A stretch of DNA of 64,000 bases, taken from positions 28,925-92,924 of the IMG/VR virus record IMGVR_UViG_3300047554_000329. The stretch is one strand, 5' to 3'. A program made the position numbers and the translations under genes. Below the pieces are notes generated by a model. The model saw nothing but the letters and a program-made list of their open reading frames with translations. It had not been told where the DNA came from and did not search any database. Below, piece by piece: positions 42,385 through 50,962 of the stretch. How positions within the stretch are numbered: position 1 is the stretch's first letter; each line of letters opens with the position of its first letter. This DNA is from a virus.

Positions 42385-44793
42385 ATTAAAAAACTTTTAT
42401 ACTCAGGGCTAGTCATGTTGCTAGCTTTAACCCCACTGATTATGGCTCAACCAGCACTTGGAATAACCAAGGCTGAGTACGAGGCACTCCTCGCTGCAGC
42501 CCAAGCAAAGGTAGCTGCTGCTCAGGTAGAGTTACAGCAAGAACAAACACAGCTAGAAGACCTCACAACGTCACAACTTGGCGTAGAAACCTCTCTAGAA
42601 CAGGCACAGCAAGACCTAGAGGACGCACAGCAAGCCCTAAACATTGCAATTATGGACAACAACGACCAGGGTCAAAGAGTGCTTGAGGCGACGCAGAGGC
42701 TTGCAGAGGCAAGAACTTTGGTAGAGCAAAAACAGTCTGAAATAGAAAACATTTCTCAAAGTATTCTTGACCAGTCTGCGGTAGTCACACAATCGTCATT
42801 AGAACTAGATGAAGCTAGACAAGCAATGGACCTATCACTATCTAATCTGATTAATTCGCAAGAGTCGCTTAACCAACTAAACAATACTAAAGCACAATAC
42901 GAAGAAGAGTTTAGTCTTGCAACAACAGAATATAACCTAGCATTGTTAAATTATAATCTTTCTGTAGATAGCGTTCACACCACAGGACAAACCCTTGAAA
43001 CAAAGTCAAACAATTATAATCAGGCTTTGGCAACATTGCAGCAAAAGCTAGATGCTCTGACACAGGCACAGGCTCAGGTAGATGTGGCACAATACAACTA
43101 CAATAATAATCTTATTGCTGTATATCCAGCAAATACAGTACCCAGAATTCCTGGGCTTAGGGCAGATATCTATAAGCAGATTAGTAGCCCAAACCCAATT
43201 AGGTCAGATACAGCATATACATTCTGTAAAACAATTACAGTTACCCACATCAACATGGACTGGGGTGGCGGAGACATTGAAGGCTGTGGTGGAGATTACG
43301 TTATGATTCACTATAGGGGATATATAACTGTGCCCGAAACTAAGAATTACGAATTCTTGGCAATGGTTGACGACGGATGGTACATGACAATCGGTGGAAC
43401 AGTTGTAAACAACAACTGGTATACCAAAGGATGTGGTGGTAACTGGAGTAACGGAATTGACCTACAGGCAGGAGTATCTTACGAGCTTGATGCATGGATG
43501 TTTGAGTGGGGCGGTGGAGCCTGTAATTTTCTTTACTATTACACCAACACAAACTGGGGAGTAGTTCCAGCATCATGGTATTCGCAAAACCAAGCTACAC
43601 AGCCTACATATGAATATGACCCAGCACTTCTAGCAATCCTACAAGCAAAACAAGCATTGCTAAATACAGCACAGTCGGAATACACTCTTGCACTTGCAAC
43701 AGCCAACTCAGCAAGCGAAGAGTACTCCAACGCAATCAATGATTATGACGCAGCAGTTATCTCATGGCAAGAAAAGCAGGAACAGCTAGAGGTAGCAGAA
43801 CAAAACAAGATAGATAAGAATCTTAGCGTAACTACTATGGAGTCTTTAGTTGCTAGAGCAGAACAAACACTACAACAGCTTCAAGTTACCTACCAGCAGA
43901 AGGAGTTGGAGTTTTTGCAAAAAGAAGCGTTGCTGCTCACTAACCGACAAGAACTCATAGACTTAAGAAACAGTTTTGACAATATACAGGTTATAATTGA
44001 TAATAGTATTACTACAGTTGCACAACTACAAGATGCTCTAGATGCAGAGGCGGTAAAGAAACAGCAAACAGAGCTGACCGTACAACAGCAAGAGACATCA
44101 GTATCAAATAATACACAGCTGGCAAATCTGGTCAGGCTTGAACTACAGGCAGTTACACAAAAAGTATTTACACAAACAAAACTAATTGAAAATAAACAAA
44201 AAACTCTAGCAAATGCTCTAAAAGAATTGGAAAACATTCCTGTCTATGAAGAGCCAGAGCCTACCCCAACCCCAGAACCAACAGAAGAGCCAAAGCCTGA
44301 ACCAGAACCAACCCCTAAGCCAACTGGTGACCCAAACATTCCAGAGGTTATTAAGGACCTAACTAAGATTGACCTAGAGGCGGTAGCAGCAACAAATCTA
44401 ACAGAAGCACAGGTAGAACAGCTTACAGAAGCAGCAATGGAAACATTTAAAACTGCAGAGCAAGGCTCACCAGAATATGAACAGGCTCTTGATGCCTTAT
44501 TCGTAGTAGCCCAAGCAGACGACATTGTAGTAAATGAAGAGCTAGCAGCTGTACCAGTTCTTGGAGCAACAGTTGTAGCACTTACAGATGCAATTAACTT
44601 TATTGGTAACGTTGGAGCAGATATGTCTCCACAAGTTAGAGAAAAATCGGAAAAGGTTGTTGTAACAGCAGTTGTTGCTGTTGGAGCAGCCGTAAATGCA
44701 GCGACAGGGGCAGCACTTTCAGCAGCAGCACCTGCAGCAGCAGCTGGAGCACCATCAGGTGGCTCAGGCGGAACAACAAGAAGGAGGATATAA
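42385..44793 (+). CDS. Secreted/membrane-anchored coiled-coil protein with PA14-like domain
   Basis: Signal peptide (probable ATT start, KKLLYSGLVMLLAL..ALG); coiled coils; PA14-like INMDWGGG..DDG..FEWGGGA; PEPTP linker; hydrophobic C-terminus plus RRR. Confidence 0.75.
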   Translation: MKKLLYSGLVMLLALTPLIMAQPALGITKAEYEALLAAAQAKVAAAQVELQQEQTQLEDLTTSQLGVETSLEQAQQDLEDAQQALNIAIMDNNDQGQRVLEATQRLAEARTLVEQKQSEIENISQSILDQSAVVTQSSLELDEARQAMDLSLSNLINSQESLNQLNNTKAQYEEEFSLATTEYNLALLNYNLSVDSVHTTGQTLETKSNNYNQALATLQQKLDALTQAQAQVDVAQYNYNNNLIAVYPANTVPRIPGLRADIYKQISSPNPIRSDTAYTFCKTITVTHINMDWGGGDIEGCGGDYVMIHYRGYITVPETKNYEFLAMVDDGWYMTIGGTVVNNNWYTKGCGGNWSNGIDLQAGVSYELDAWMFEWGGGACNFLYYYTNTNWGVVPASWYSQNQATQPTYEYDPALLAILQAKQALLNTAQSEYTLALATANSASEEYSNAINDYDAAVISWQEKQEQLEVAEQNKIDKNLSVTTMESLVARAEQTLQQLQVTYQQKELEFLQKEALLLTNRQELIDLRNSFDNIQVIIDNSITTVAQLQDALDAEAVKKQQTELTVQQQETSVSNNTQLANLVRLELQAVTQKVFTQTKLIENKQKTLANALKELENIPVYEEPEPTPTPEPTEEPKPEPEPTPKPTGDPNIPEVIKDLTKIDLEAVAATNLTEAQVEQLTEAAMETFKTAEQGSPEYEQALDALFVVAQADDIVVNEELAAVPVLGATVVALTDAINFIGNVGADMSPQVREKSEKVVVTAVVAVGAAVNAATGAALSAAAPAAAAGAPSGGSGGTTRRRI

Positions 44794-44794
44794 C

Positions 44795-44974
44795 ATGAAG
44801 AAATTTTTAAATGATATGCTTGGACAAGCTTGGACACTCCTTGGTATGTTTGTTGCCTGGCTTGTCCTTGAAGGGTCAGCAAAAGATGTAGTAGGATGGG
44901 CAATCGTAGGAACAACAGTCCTATGGGTAATTACCTATCCACTCAGAAATTCTGCAGAAAAGGAGGAAGAATAA
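44795..44974 (+). CDS. Small two-TM membrane protein
   Basis: SD AGGAGG; two hydrophobic helices. Confidence 0.7.
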   Translation: MKKFLNDMLGQAWTLLGMFVAWLVLEGSAKDVVGWAIVGTTVLWVITYPLRNSAEKEEE

Positions 44975-44975
44975 T

Positions 44976-45248
44976 ATGGAAGAAGAATATGGCGTAACAG
45001 GTGGCTGGGCTACCCTTAAGAACGTTCTTTGGAGAATCCTTGCTGTTTTTGCAGCATCAGGTCTAAGCGTACTTGGTGCAGGTGCTATTGTTGGAGTTGA
45101 GTTGCTATCAGCAGTGTTTATGGCAGGTATCATCGGTGTCGCTACAGTAGTAGAGCGACTAGCACGAGCATTCCTTGACGACGGTAAGCTAGACATGGAT
45201 GAAATCAATGCAGCGTTTGCCAAGGTAGACAAGAACGACGGAAATTAA
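44976..45248 (+). CDS. Membrane protein (holin-like) with EF-hand-like DDGKLDMDE tail
   Basis: Two hydrophobic helices and an acidic loop. Confidence 0.6.
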   Translation: MEEEYGVTGGWATLKNVLWRILAVFAASGLSVLGAGAIVGVELLSAVFMAGIIGVATVVERLARAFLDDGKLDMDEINAAFAKVDKNDGN

Positions 45249-45256
45249 TCTCCTAG

Positions 45257-45285
45257 TTGACAGCCCTCTCTAGATGATGTATAAT
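45257..45285 (+). promoter_or_regulatory. Consensus sigma-A promoter
   Basis: TTGACA-17 nt-TATAAT. Confidence 0.85.
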
Positions 45286-45313
45286 GTATATACAACCTAG
45301 AGAGGGTTTTCTT

Positions 45314-45514
45314 ATGACTATTGAACGTAAAAAGTTTACGGATGAAGAGATTGACGAAGCAGTCATTTGGCTTCAAGTTGGCATAGACAAGGGATGGATT
45401 ACAGACGGATTCTGTATGACCCATGATGGCGATAACTTTATGACTGAAGAAGAAGAGCAAGAGTGGGAAGAAGGCGGAGACCCCTGCTGCCCTGTAGTGA
45501 AATGGCTGGTATAA
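45314..45514 (+). CDS. Hypothetical protein
   Basis: FCMTHDG..GGDPCC; acidic. Confidence 0.6.
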   Translation: MTIERKKFTDEEIDEAVIWLQVGIDKGWITDGFCMTHDGDNFMTEEEEQEWEEGGDPCCPVVKWLV

Positions 45515-45850
45515 ATGGACAACATCAGACCATGGGGCAACTATGAGGTTGTCAAGACTGATACTGGCTATCAAGTAAAGATTCTAAATGTATACGCTGG
45601 ACAGCGACTAAGCCTACAAACTCACGAGCATCGTGACGAGACTTGGTATGTTGTTTCTGGCAAGGGTACTGCAACAGTTCGTGGTGGAAAGCTACCATTG
45701 TTTCCAGGCGTTGTTGTACAAGTACCAAGAAAAGCAGAACATAGAATCACTGCTAATACTGATTTAAAAATTGTAGAAATCCAAGTAGGACCATATCTTG
45801 GAGAAGATGATATCGTTAGACTTGACGATGATTACGGTCGTATAGTATAA
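45515..45850 (+). CDS. Mannose-6-phosphate isomerase type II cupin domain protein
   Basis: RPWG, LSLQTHEHRDETW, HRI, EIQVGPYLGEDDIVRLDDDYGR. Confidence 0.9.
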   Translation: MDNIRPWGNYEVVKTDTGYQVKILNVYAGQRLSLQTHEHRDETWYVVSGKGTATVRGGKLPLFPGVVVQVPRKAEHRITANTDLKIVEIQVGPYLGEDDIVRLDDDYGRIV

Positions 45851-45859
45851 TAGATATAT

Positions 45860-45931
45860 TGACCATTAGCTCAACGGCAGAGCAGAGAGCTGTTAACTCT
45901 AAGGTTCCTGGTTCGAATCCAGGATGGTCAG
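45860..45931 (+). tRNA. tRNA-Asn(GTT)
   Basis: Cloverleaf TGACCAT/ATGGTCA; anticodon loop CTGTTAA; GGTTCGAATCC; no encoded CCA. Confidence 0.93.
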
Positions 45932-46096
45932 CGATGATAGATAATCACTATCACAACCGTTTCATTTCGGACAAATGAACGCTCTTACAGCGACACAGTA
46001 AGCGTGTAGGAATCTCTCGTTATCGGTTCGGAGTTGGTCACTCGTCTTAGGAAACGACCCACGAGGTGTGGACCTGATTAGTCTGACACCTCAACT

Positions 46097-46167
46097 GCGA
46101 ATATAGTTTAGTGGTAAAACTTCTGCCTTCCAAGCAGATTATGGGAGTTCGATTCTCCCTATTCGCT
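46097..46167 (+). tRNA. tRNA-Gly(TCC)
   Basis: GCGAATA/TATTCGC; anticodon arm TCTGC-CTTCCAA-GCAGA; GTTCGATTC. Confidence 0.92.
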
Positions 46168-46245
46168 CTCCGTGTTATGAGGCTGTTCCGTATGGTTCAA
46201 CTATCGCACTCATACAGGCTGTCACAAAGTCAGCCCACGGTATTT

Positions 46246-46319
46246 GGCTTCATAGCTCAGTTGGTTAGAGCACCACCCTGTCACGGTGGGGGTCGTGGGT
46301 TCAAGTCCCATTGGAGTCG
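46246..46319 (+). tRNA. tRNA-Asp(GTC)
   Basis: Anticodon arm CCACC-CTGTCAC-GGTGG; GGTTCAAGTCC. Confidence 0.93.
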
Positions 46320-46416
46320 CTGGGCGATATCCTTCGGGATATTTACTGTCAGGCTCGTATCCTGATAGTGCTATTGATGCAGGTATGAAATAAGGCTCCT
46401 GTAGGTGATAGCAATT

Positions 46417-46489
46417 GCCACCTTAGCTCATTCGGTAGAGCAACGCACTTGTAATGCGTAGGTGGTGGGTTCGAATCCCACAGGTGGCT
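46417..46489 (+). tRNA. tRNA-Thr(TGT)
   Basis: GCCACCT/AGGTGGC; anticodon arm ACGCA-CTTGTAA-TGCGT. Confidence 0.93.
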
Positions 46490-46532
46490 CTATTATACTA
46501 ATGTATAATAAAAATAAGGAGGTCATTTAATT

Positions 46533-47183
46533 ATGGCAAAAACACAATGGGCAATTGATGGCACATTTGGCAAGACCTTTAAGATTACTTCTCCATTTGG
46601 TTGGAGAGTAGACCCACTAGGTCGTGCTCCAAAGAAGCATCACAACGGCATGGACCTATGGGGTGCTGCAGAAGTGATTTACGTAGAGGCTTTCCACGAT
46701 GGAAAGGTTCTATTTGCTGGACCATCAAAGCGTAGAAAAGAAGATGGTAGCGTAGGTGGCTTTGGTTACCACGTTATTGTGCAACACAAGATTAACGGCA
46801 AGTTTTACACTTCCTGTTACGCTCACCTTAGAGAAGGCTCTCTAAAGGTTAAGGCTGGACAGAAGGTTACTGCTGGAACTGTTCTTGGTGTTATGGGAAC
46901 TACTGGTGACTCAACTGGTAAGCACCTACACTGGGAAATTTGGCAGGGTAAGACCCACGGTTGGTCTGCTGATGGCAAGGGTTTCGTAGACCCATTTGAG
47001 TTTGTAAAGGCTCTTATTCTTAAGGAACGTGCTGAAGCAGCAGGTAAGGACGCAACTCCTGACGATGCTCCAGTGGCAAAGGCTCCTGTACATGGCACTG
47101 CTCCAAAGGCAAAGCCAGCTGCAAAGCCTGTAGCACCAGTTGCTAAGAAGCCAGCACCAAAGACAGCACCGAAGGCACAGTAA
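46533..47183 (+). CDS. M23 family peptidase (endolysin)
   Basis: ITSPFGWR, HNGMD, YAHL, STGKHLHWE; Pro/Ala/Lys-rich tail. Confidence 0.9.
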   Translation: MAKTQWAIDGTFGKTFKITSPFGWRVDPLGRAPKKHHNGMDLWGAAEVIYVEAFHDGKVLFAGPSKRRKEDGSVGGFGYHVIVQHKINGKFYTSCYAHLREGSLKVKAGQKVTAGTVLGVMGTTGDSTGKHLHWEIWQGKTHGWSADGKGFVDPFEFVKALILKERAEAAGKDATPDDAPVAKAPVHGTAPKAKPAAKPVAPVAKKPAPKTAPKAQ

Positions 47184-47359
47184 TGCCAAGCTACAATTAC
47201 AAATGTCCACAATGTGAGGCGGTACTTACTGTAGTTCGTTCTATGATGGAATCTGACCCTGGATATACTTGTGATGCTTGCAATATTGCAATGAATCGTG
47301 TATACTCAGTAGGAGCAATAACATTTAATGGTAGCGGATTTTACAGTAAGGATAAGTAA
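47183..47359 (+). CDS. FmdB-family zinc ribbon protein (58 aa)
   Basis: MPSYNYKCPQC..CDAC..RVYS..FNGSGFYSKD; below the ORF-track size cutoff. Confidence 0.85.
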   Translation: MPSYNYKCPQCEAVLTVVRSMMESDPGYTCDACNIAMNRVYSVGAITFNGSGFYSKDK

Positions 47360-47578
47360 TTGGTAGATGTTAAAGAGTGGTCGCTCACAGGACTAGACCG
47401 CTGTGATTCTTGCGGAGCACAAGCTTATGTTCATGTCAAGGGTATCTCAGGGGAACTAATGTTCTGTGGGCATCACTTTAACAAAGCAAACGGAGAAAAA
47501 CTACAAGCATTTGCATTTGAGATTATCGATGAACGTGACCGTTTAATCGAAAATAAATCTCAAGGTGACGATTACTAG
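47360..47578 (+). CDS. Small actinobacterial-type zinc protein
   Basis: LTGLDRCDSCGAQAYV..LMFCGHH. Confidence 0.7.
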   Translation: MVDVKEWSLTGLDRCDSCGAQAYVHVKGISGELMFCGHHFNKANGEKLQAFAFEIIDERDRLIENKSQGDDY

Positions 47579-47602
47579 TAGTATAATTATATTAGGTGAC
47601 AA

Positions 47603-48025
47603 ATGGAATACTTTCTTGGCTCGTTGATTACTTTACTAATCATGTCTTACTTTGGTAAGCAAACTGCCAAAAGCATTTCAAAGCCTATAAAACAATTACA
47701 GTACTCGCAAGCTTACATCGATAATCTTCTATCAGAAAAGATTGTTGAAGAATTCTTGCCAGAGCCAATTCAAGTAAAAACTCAAGCCACAGAACACTTC
47801 AGGAAAGATGAAGTGAGAGTAATTATTATTGAGAATGAGGCTTACTGGATTGTTGACCAAACTCTCTACATGGCTACTATAGTTGACGGAACTGTTGACA
47901 ATGACACAACAAAAAAGGTTGACACAATGACCATGGATGATGTACAATTAGAAAAGACCCAATTTATCGTCCAGAAACTAACGGAAGGAAAAGGAAATGA
48001 TAGTGGCTATCCACGGAAGTCGTAG
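47603..48025 (+). CDS. Hypothetical protein with N-terminal membrane anchor
   Basis: Hydrophobic N-terminus. Confidence 0.6.
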   Translation: MEYFLGSLITLLIMSYFGKQTAKSISKPIKQLQYSQAYIDNLLSEKIVEEFLPEPIQVKTQATEHFRKDEVRVIIIENEAYWIVDQTLYMATIVDGTVDNDTTKKVDTMTMDDVQLEKTQFIVQKLTEGKGNDSGYPRKS

Positions 48026-48347
48026 CTTTACTGACTACAACATTTTCTTAAGAGCAATGCATACAGCATTGACACAACTCCCAGAAGACGACAAGATGAT
48101 TACAATTATGTCTGCTGGTCCTGCCCAGATTAATTCATTTGGTCAGGAGTTCTCAAATATTACAGAGCGTAGTCTAAAAGCTCGTGGTATTAAAATTAAG
48201 ATTGTTAAGATTCCACCTAGTTGGATTAAAGAAAATATGCATGATATTGATTACTTTGCATACTTTAGCAAACCCAAAGAAGCCTTGCCAGACTTGGTAG
48301 ACTTGGCGGATGCTAAAGACATTGAAGTTGGAGTCTACCGATTCTAA
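47997..48347 (+). CDS. YspA/SLOG-like protein
   Basis: N-terminal IVAIHGSRSFTDY motif. Confidence 0.5.
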   Translation: MIVAIHGSRSFTDYNIFLRAMHTALTQLPEDDKMITIMSAGPAQINSFGQEFSNITERSLKARGIKIKIVKIPPSWIKENMHDIDYFAYFSKPKEALPDLVDLADAKDIEVGVYRF

Positions 48348-48373
48348 TGGTTAATAAGAGATAAGGAGTGATT

Positions 48374-48601
48374 ATGATTATCAAATCACTTAATGAGATG
48401 GAAGCTATCGTAGAAGATAACGATGCTCTATCGTGGAATGGCTGGACAGTAATCGAAAGCGATTCTAAAACAGATGGATACATCAATAAGCTTGGTGCGT
48501 TTGTCAATGGCAATTGGATTGTGCAGAAGCGTTATGAGCCAGGAGCCAGCGGTTGGGACATCCCAAAACGATTGGTGGTAAAGAATGGCTCACAAGGATG
48601 A
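48374..48601 (+). CDS. Hypothetical protein
   Basis: SD AAGGAG; ORF. Confidence 0.6.
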   Translation: MIIKSLNEMEAIVEDNDALSWNGWTVIESDSKTDGYINKLGAFVNGNWIVQKRYEPGASGWDIPKRLVVKNGSQG

Positions 48602-48875
48602 ATGGAAAGAAGAAGCCTTTTGTCTGGACTTCGACACCAATCTCTTCTTTGACAAGTACGAGGAAGACCTTGAACTAAGACCAGCAATTGACGAGATGTG
48701 CTCCATGTGTCCAGTAGCTAAGATGTGTTTCGCTGTTGGTATCTCTAACAAAGAATATGGTGTCTGGGGCGGTGTCTATCTAGATGCTGGTAAAATATCC
48801 AGAGAGTTTAATAGACATAAGTCAAAGGCTGACTGGGCTAACACCTGGCAAAATCTAACTATCGAACAGGAATAA
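48585..48875 (+). CDS. whiB: WhiB family Fe-S transcription factor
   Basis: C..LFF..CSMCPVAKMC..YGVWGG. Confidence 0.9.
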   Translation: MAHKDEWKEEAFCLDFDTNLFFDKYEEDLELRPAIDEMCSMCPVAKMCFAVGISNKEYGVWGGVYLDAGKISREFNRHKSKADWANTWQNLTIEQE

Positions 48876-48878
48876 ATT

Positions 48879-49121
48879 ATGTATACATTGGAAATGAAGC
48901 GAGCGTTTCACTCAATCACTCCGCCACCAAACTTTGAGGTTCAGCTTTTTGAACACAATGTTGAGGGTATGTTCTTCATTGAGATTGTGGCAGATGAAAA
49001 GAAATTCATTAGACTACTTGACGAAGAAAAGCGTGGTGCTGTAGAGTACATGATACGAGTCAAAGATGCTTTGGAACGTAATGGAGCCATTGTTCAGATA
49101 ACTAGAAGGGCAGTAGAATGA
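48879..49121 (+). CDS. Hypothetical protein
   Basis: ORF. Confidence 0.6.
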   Translation: MYTLEMKRAFHSITPPPNFEVQLFEHNVEGMFFIEIVADEKKFIRLLDEEKRGAVEYMIRVKDALERNGAIVQITRRAVE

Positions 49122-49555
49122 TTGATGTTATTGTTACTAGTATTGTCTATGCATTGCTAACTTTGTTCATAGCCTATCTTGGTTTTAAGAATGTTGTTCT
49201 ACGACGCAAAGTAAACGATGCTATTGCAGACCAGCTACAGGTAACTATTAACCTTAATATCGTTAGGTCTGAGTTAGGAAAAGCCTTACAAGAGATTGAG
49301 AACATGAAGCTAGAAAAGTCTGATGACTTTGTTAAGTTTCTTTCTGATTCTCGTGACTGGGCATTTACTTACATTGAAGATGCTCAGGATAAAATATCTG
49401 AGTTTGATAAGCAGATTCAGGAAATCGCAGAGTGGAACAGGACCTATGGTTCTGTAGTTGGAGATACTCCACACAGCTCTAAGATTGAAGAAATAAATTT
49501 GGCATACGACAAGATTAGAAGTCTTTTGCCAGAAAATAAAACGCCTAACAACTAG
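49118..49555 (+). CDS. Membrane-anchored coiled-coil protein
   Basis: N-terminal TM helix, then coiled coil. Confidence 0.6.
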   Translation: MIDVIVTSIVYALLTLFIAYLGFKNVVLRRKVNDAIADQLQVTINLNIVRSELGKALQEIENMKLEKSDDFVKFLSDSRDWAFTYIEDAQDKISEFDKQIQEIAEWNRTYGSVVGDTPHSSKIEEINLAYDKIRSLLPENKTPNN

Positions 49556-49575
49556 GCATAAACAAGGAGAATAAA

Positions 49576-49884
49576 ATGAATAAGGCAATGATTGAATCAT
49601 ACCTTCGTAACCTGCTGGGTGTAGTCCTTGCACTGGTTACAACCACAATGGCAAACAAGGGTCTCGCTTCACCACTTGACTTCAGTGTAGGCGACTGGCT
49701 AACTGTTGCTAACGGTCTATGGGCTGCTGCAGTTCCAACGCTTCTTCGTTGGGTAAACGCAAAGGACCCAGCCTTTGGTAGAATTGCAGAGGTTGCTGCT
49801 GCAGAGGTAAGCAAGAAAATTGCTACTGCTGCCAAGGAAGCTCCTGCAAAGGCTCCTGCAAAGAAAGCTGCTCCAAAGAAGTAG
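49576..49884 (+). CDS. Putative holin
   Basis: ESYLRNLLGVVLAL..AAAVPTLLRWVNAKDPAFG; two TM segments; basic PAKK tail. Confidence 0.6.
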   Translation: MNKAMIESYLRNLLGVVLALVTTTMANKGLASPLDFSVGDWLTVANGLWAAAVPTLLRWVNAKDPAFGRIAEVAAAEVSKKIATAAKEAPAKAPAKKAAPKK

Positions 49885-49891
49885 CATAAAT

Positions 49892-49929
49892 AAAAAGATA
49901 GCCAGGGTGTTTGCCCTGGCTTTTCTTTT
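49892..49929. terminator. Bidirectional terminator between convergent operons
   Basis: AAAAAG..GCCAGGG-TGTTTG-CCCTGGC-TTTTCTTTT. Confidence 0.8.
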
Positions 49930-50962
49930 ATTCAATTATAGATAAGTATTTATCTTTTAATACATCTGGTGAGAATGTGCTGTATCCTACATCAAATGCT
50001 TTTGCCTTTTGTTCTGCAATGTTTGTATGCTCCATATACATATCAACTAGTTTAGCCAATTCTGCTGGGTCTGTTTCATAAAGCTCTACAGGACCTTTAA
50101 ACTCTACTCTACCAGCATATTCAGCCCTTACAAGCCATTCTTTTGGAAGGATGTGATTGTTTGGGGATATATCTGTCATAATGACTGGCAGTCCACTCAA
50201 CAACGCTTCGTTCATTGGTAGGCATAGTCCACCATATTTTCTAGGTAGAACCATGAGGTCAAAGCCAGAATAAAGTTCTGCCCTGTTGTCTGGATTACTG
50301 TTGTCAATAGTTAGTCTTGGGTCGTCACAGTCTGGCTCATAGTCACCCTGAACCTTAACGACAAGCTCGTAGTCTGCTTTAGAATACTTAAGCATCTCTA
50401 CAACAATGTCTGTTCCATTTCTATCGCTATTGGCTCTCTTGCCAGCAATGTGAAGAATCCTTTTGTGCTTTTTTGCTAGGTTAACTTCTTTGGCTTCTGA
50501 AAAAATTTCTGGTGTGGTTGGCGGTGGTAAGTAGACAAGGTTTGTAGCATGACCATAAGCCTTCTCCATAATGTCTATATTCCATACGCTAGGAGCAACC
50601 AATACGCTAGGAAGCCTCATTCCATCTACAACAAAATACTCAAAGAACTCATAGTTGTATTGTAGGATAGTTTTAATTCCACGTCTATGTGCTAAAGCAG
50701 ACAGTCTTTTATTGTAAAAAATTTCACAACTGATTAGCACGTCAATTCCACTAAGAAAATCATTTACCTCCATGTTAGAAATAAAACCAGCCTGAGTTGT
50801 CTTGACATCATACCCATCATACCATTCTGGATACTGCTTGTTGCCATTAAAGTGAGAAGAGTCAATTAGCAAAATTTTGTCTGGCTGCAACATATCCACC
50901 AATTCTTTTGTTTGGTTGCCAAGTCCAGTTTTGTCTGCTCTTGCGATAATACCTAGTCTCAT
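49928..50962 (-). CDS. Glycosyltransferase (GT-B, GT4-like)
   Basis: DLMVLPRKYGGLCLPMNEALLSGLPVIMTD. Confidence 0.85.
   Translation of the reverse strand: MRLGIIARADKTGLGNQTKELVDMLQPDKILLIDSSHFNGNKQYPEWYDGYDVKTTQAGFISNMEVNDFLSGIDVLISCEIFYNKRLSALAHRRGIKTILQYNYEFFEYFVVDGMRLPSVLVAPSVWNIDIMEKAYGHATNLVYLPPPTTPEIFSEAKEVNLAKKHKRILHIAGKRANSDRNGTDIVVEMLKYSKADYELVVKVQGDYEPDCDDPRLTIDNSNPDNRAELYSGFDLMVLPRKYGGLCLPMNEALLSGLPVIMTDISPNNHILPKEWLVRAEYAGRVEFKGPVELYETDPAELAKLVDMYMEHTNIAEQKAKAFDVGYSTFSPDVLKDKYLSIIE

Noticed and set aside
46111-46365. 84-aa ORF in the ORF track
   Set aside because: Overlaps tRNA-Gly and tRNA-Asp; spurious.
45932-46416. Assigning the tRNA spacers to hammerhead, theta/HDV, tmRNA or SRP
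   Set aside because: Could not fit the required conserved cores by eye; left as unassigned structured RNAs.
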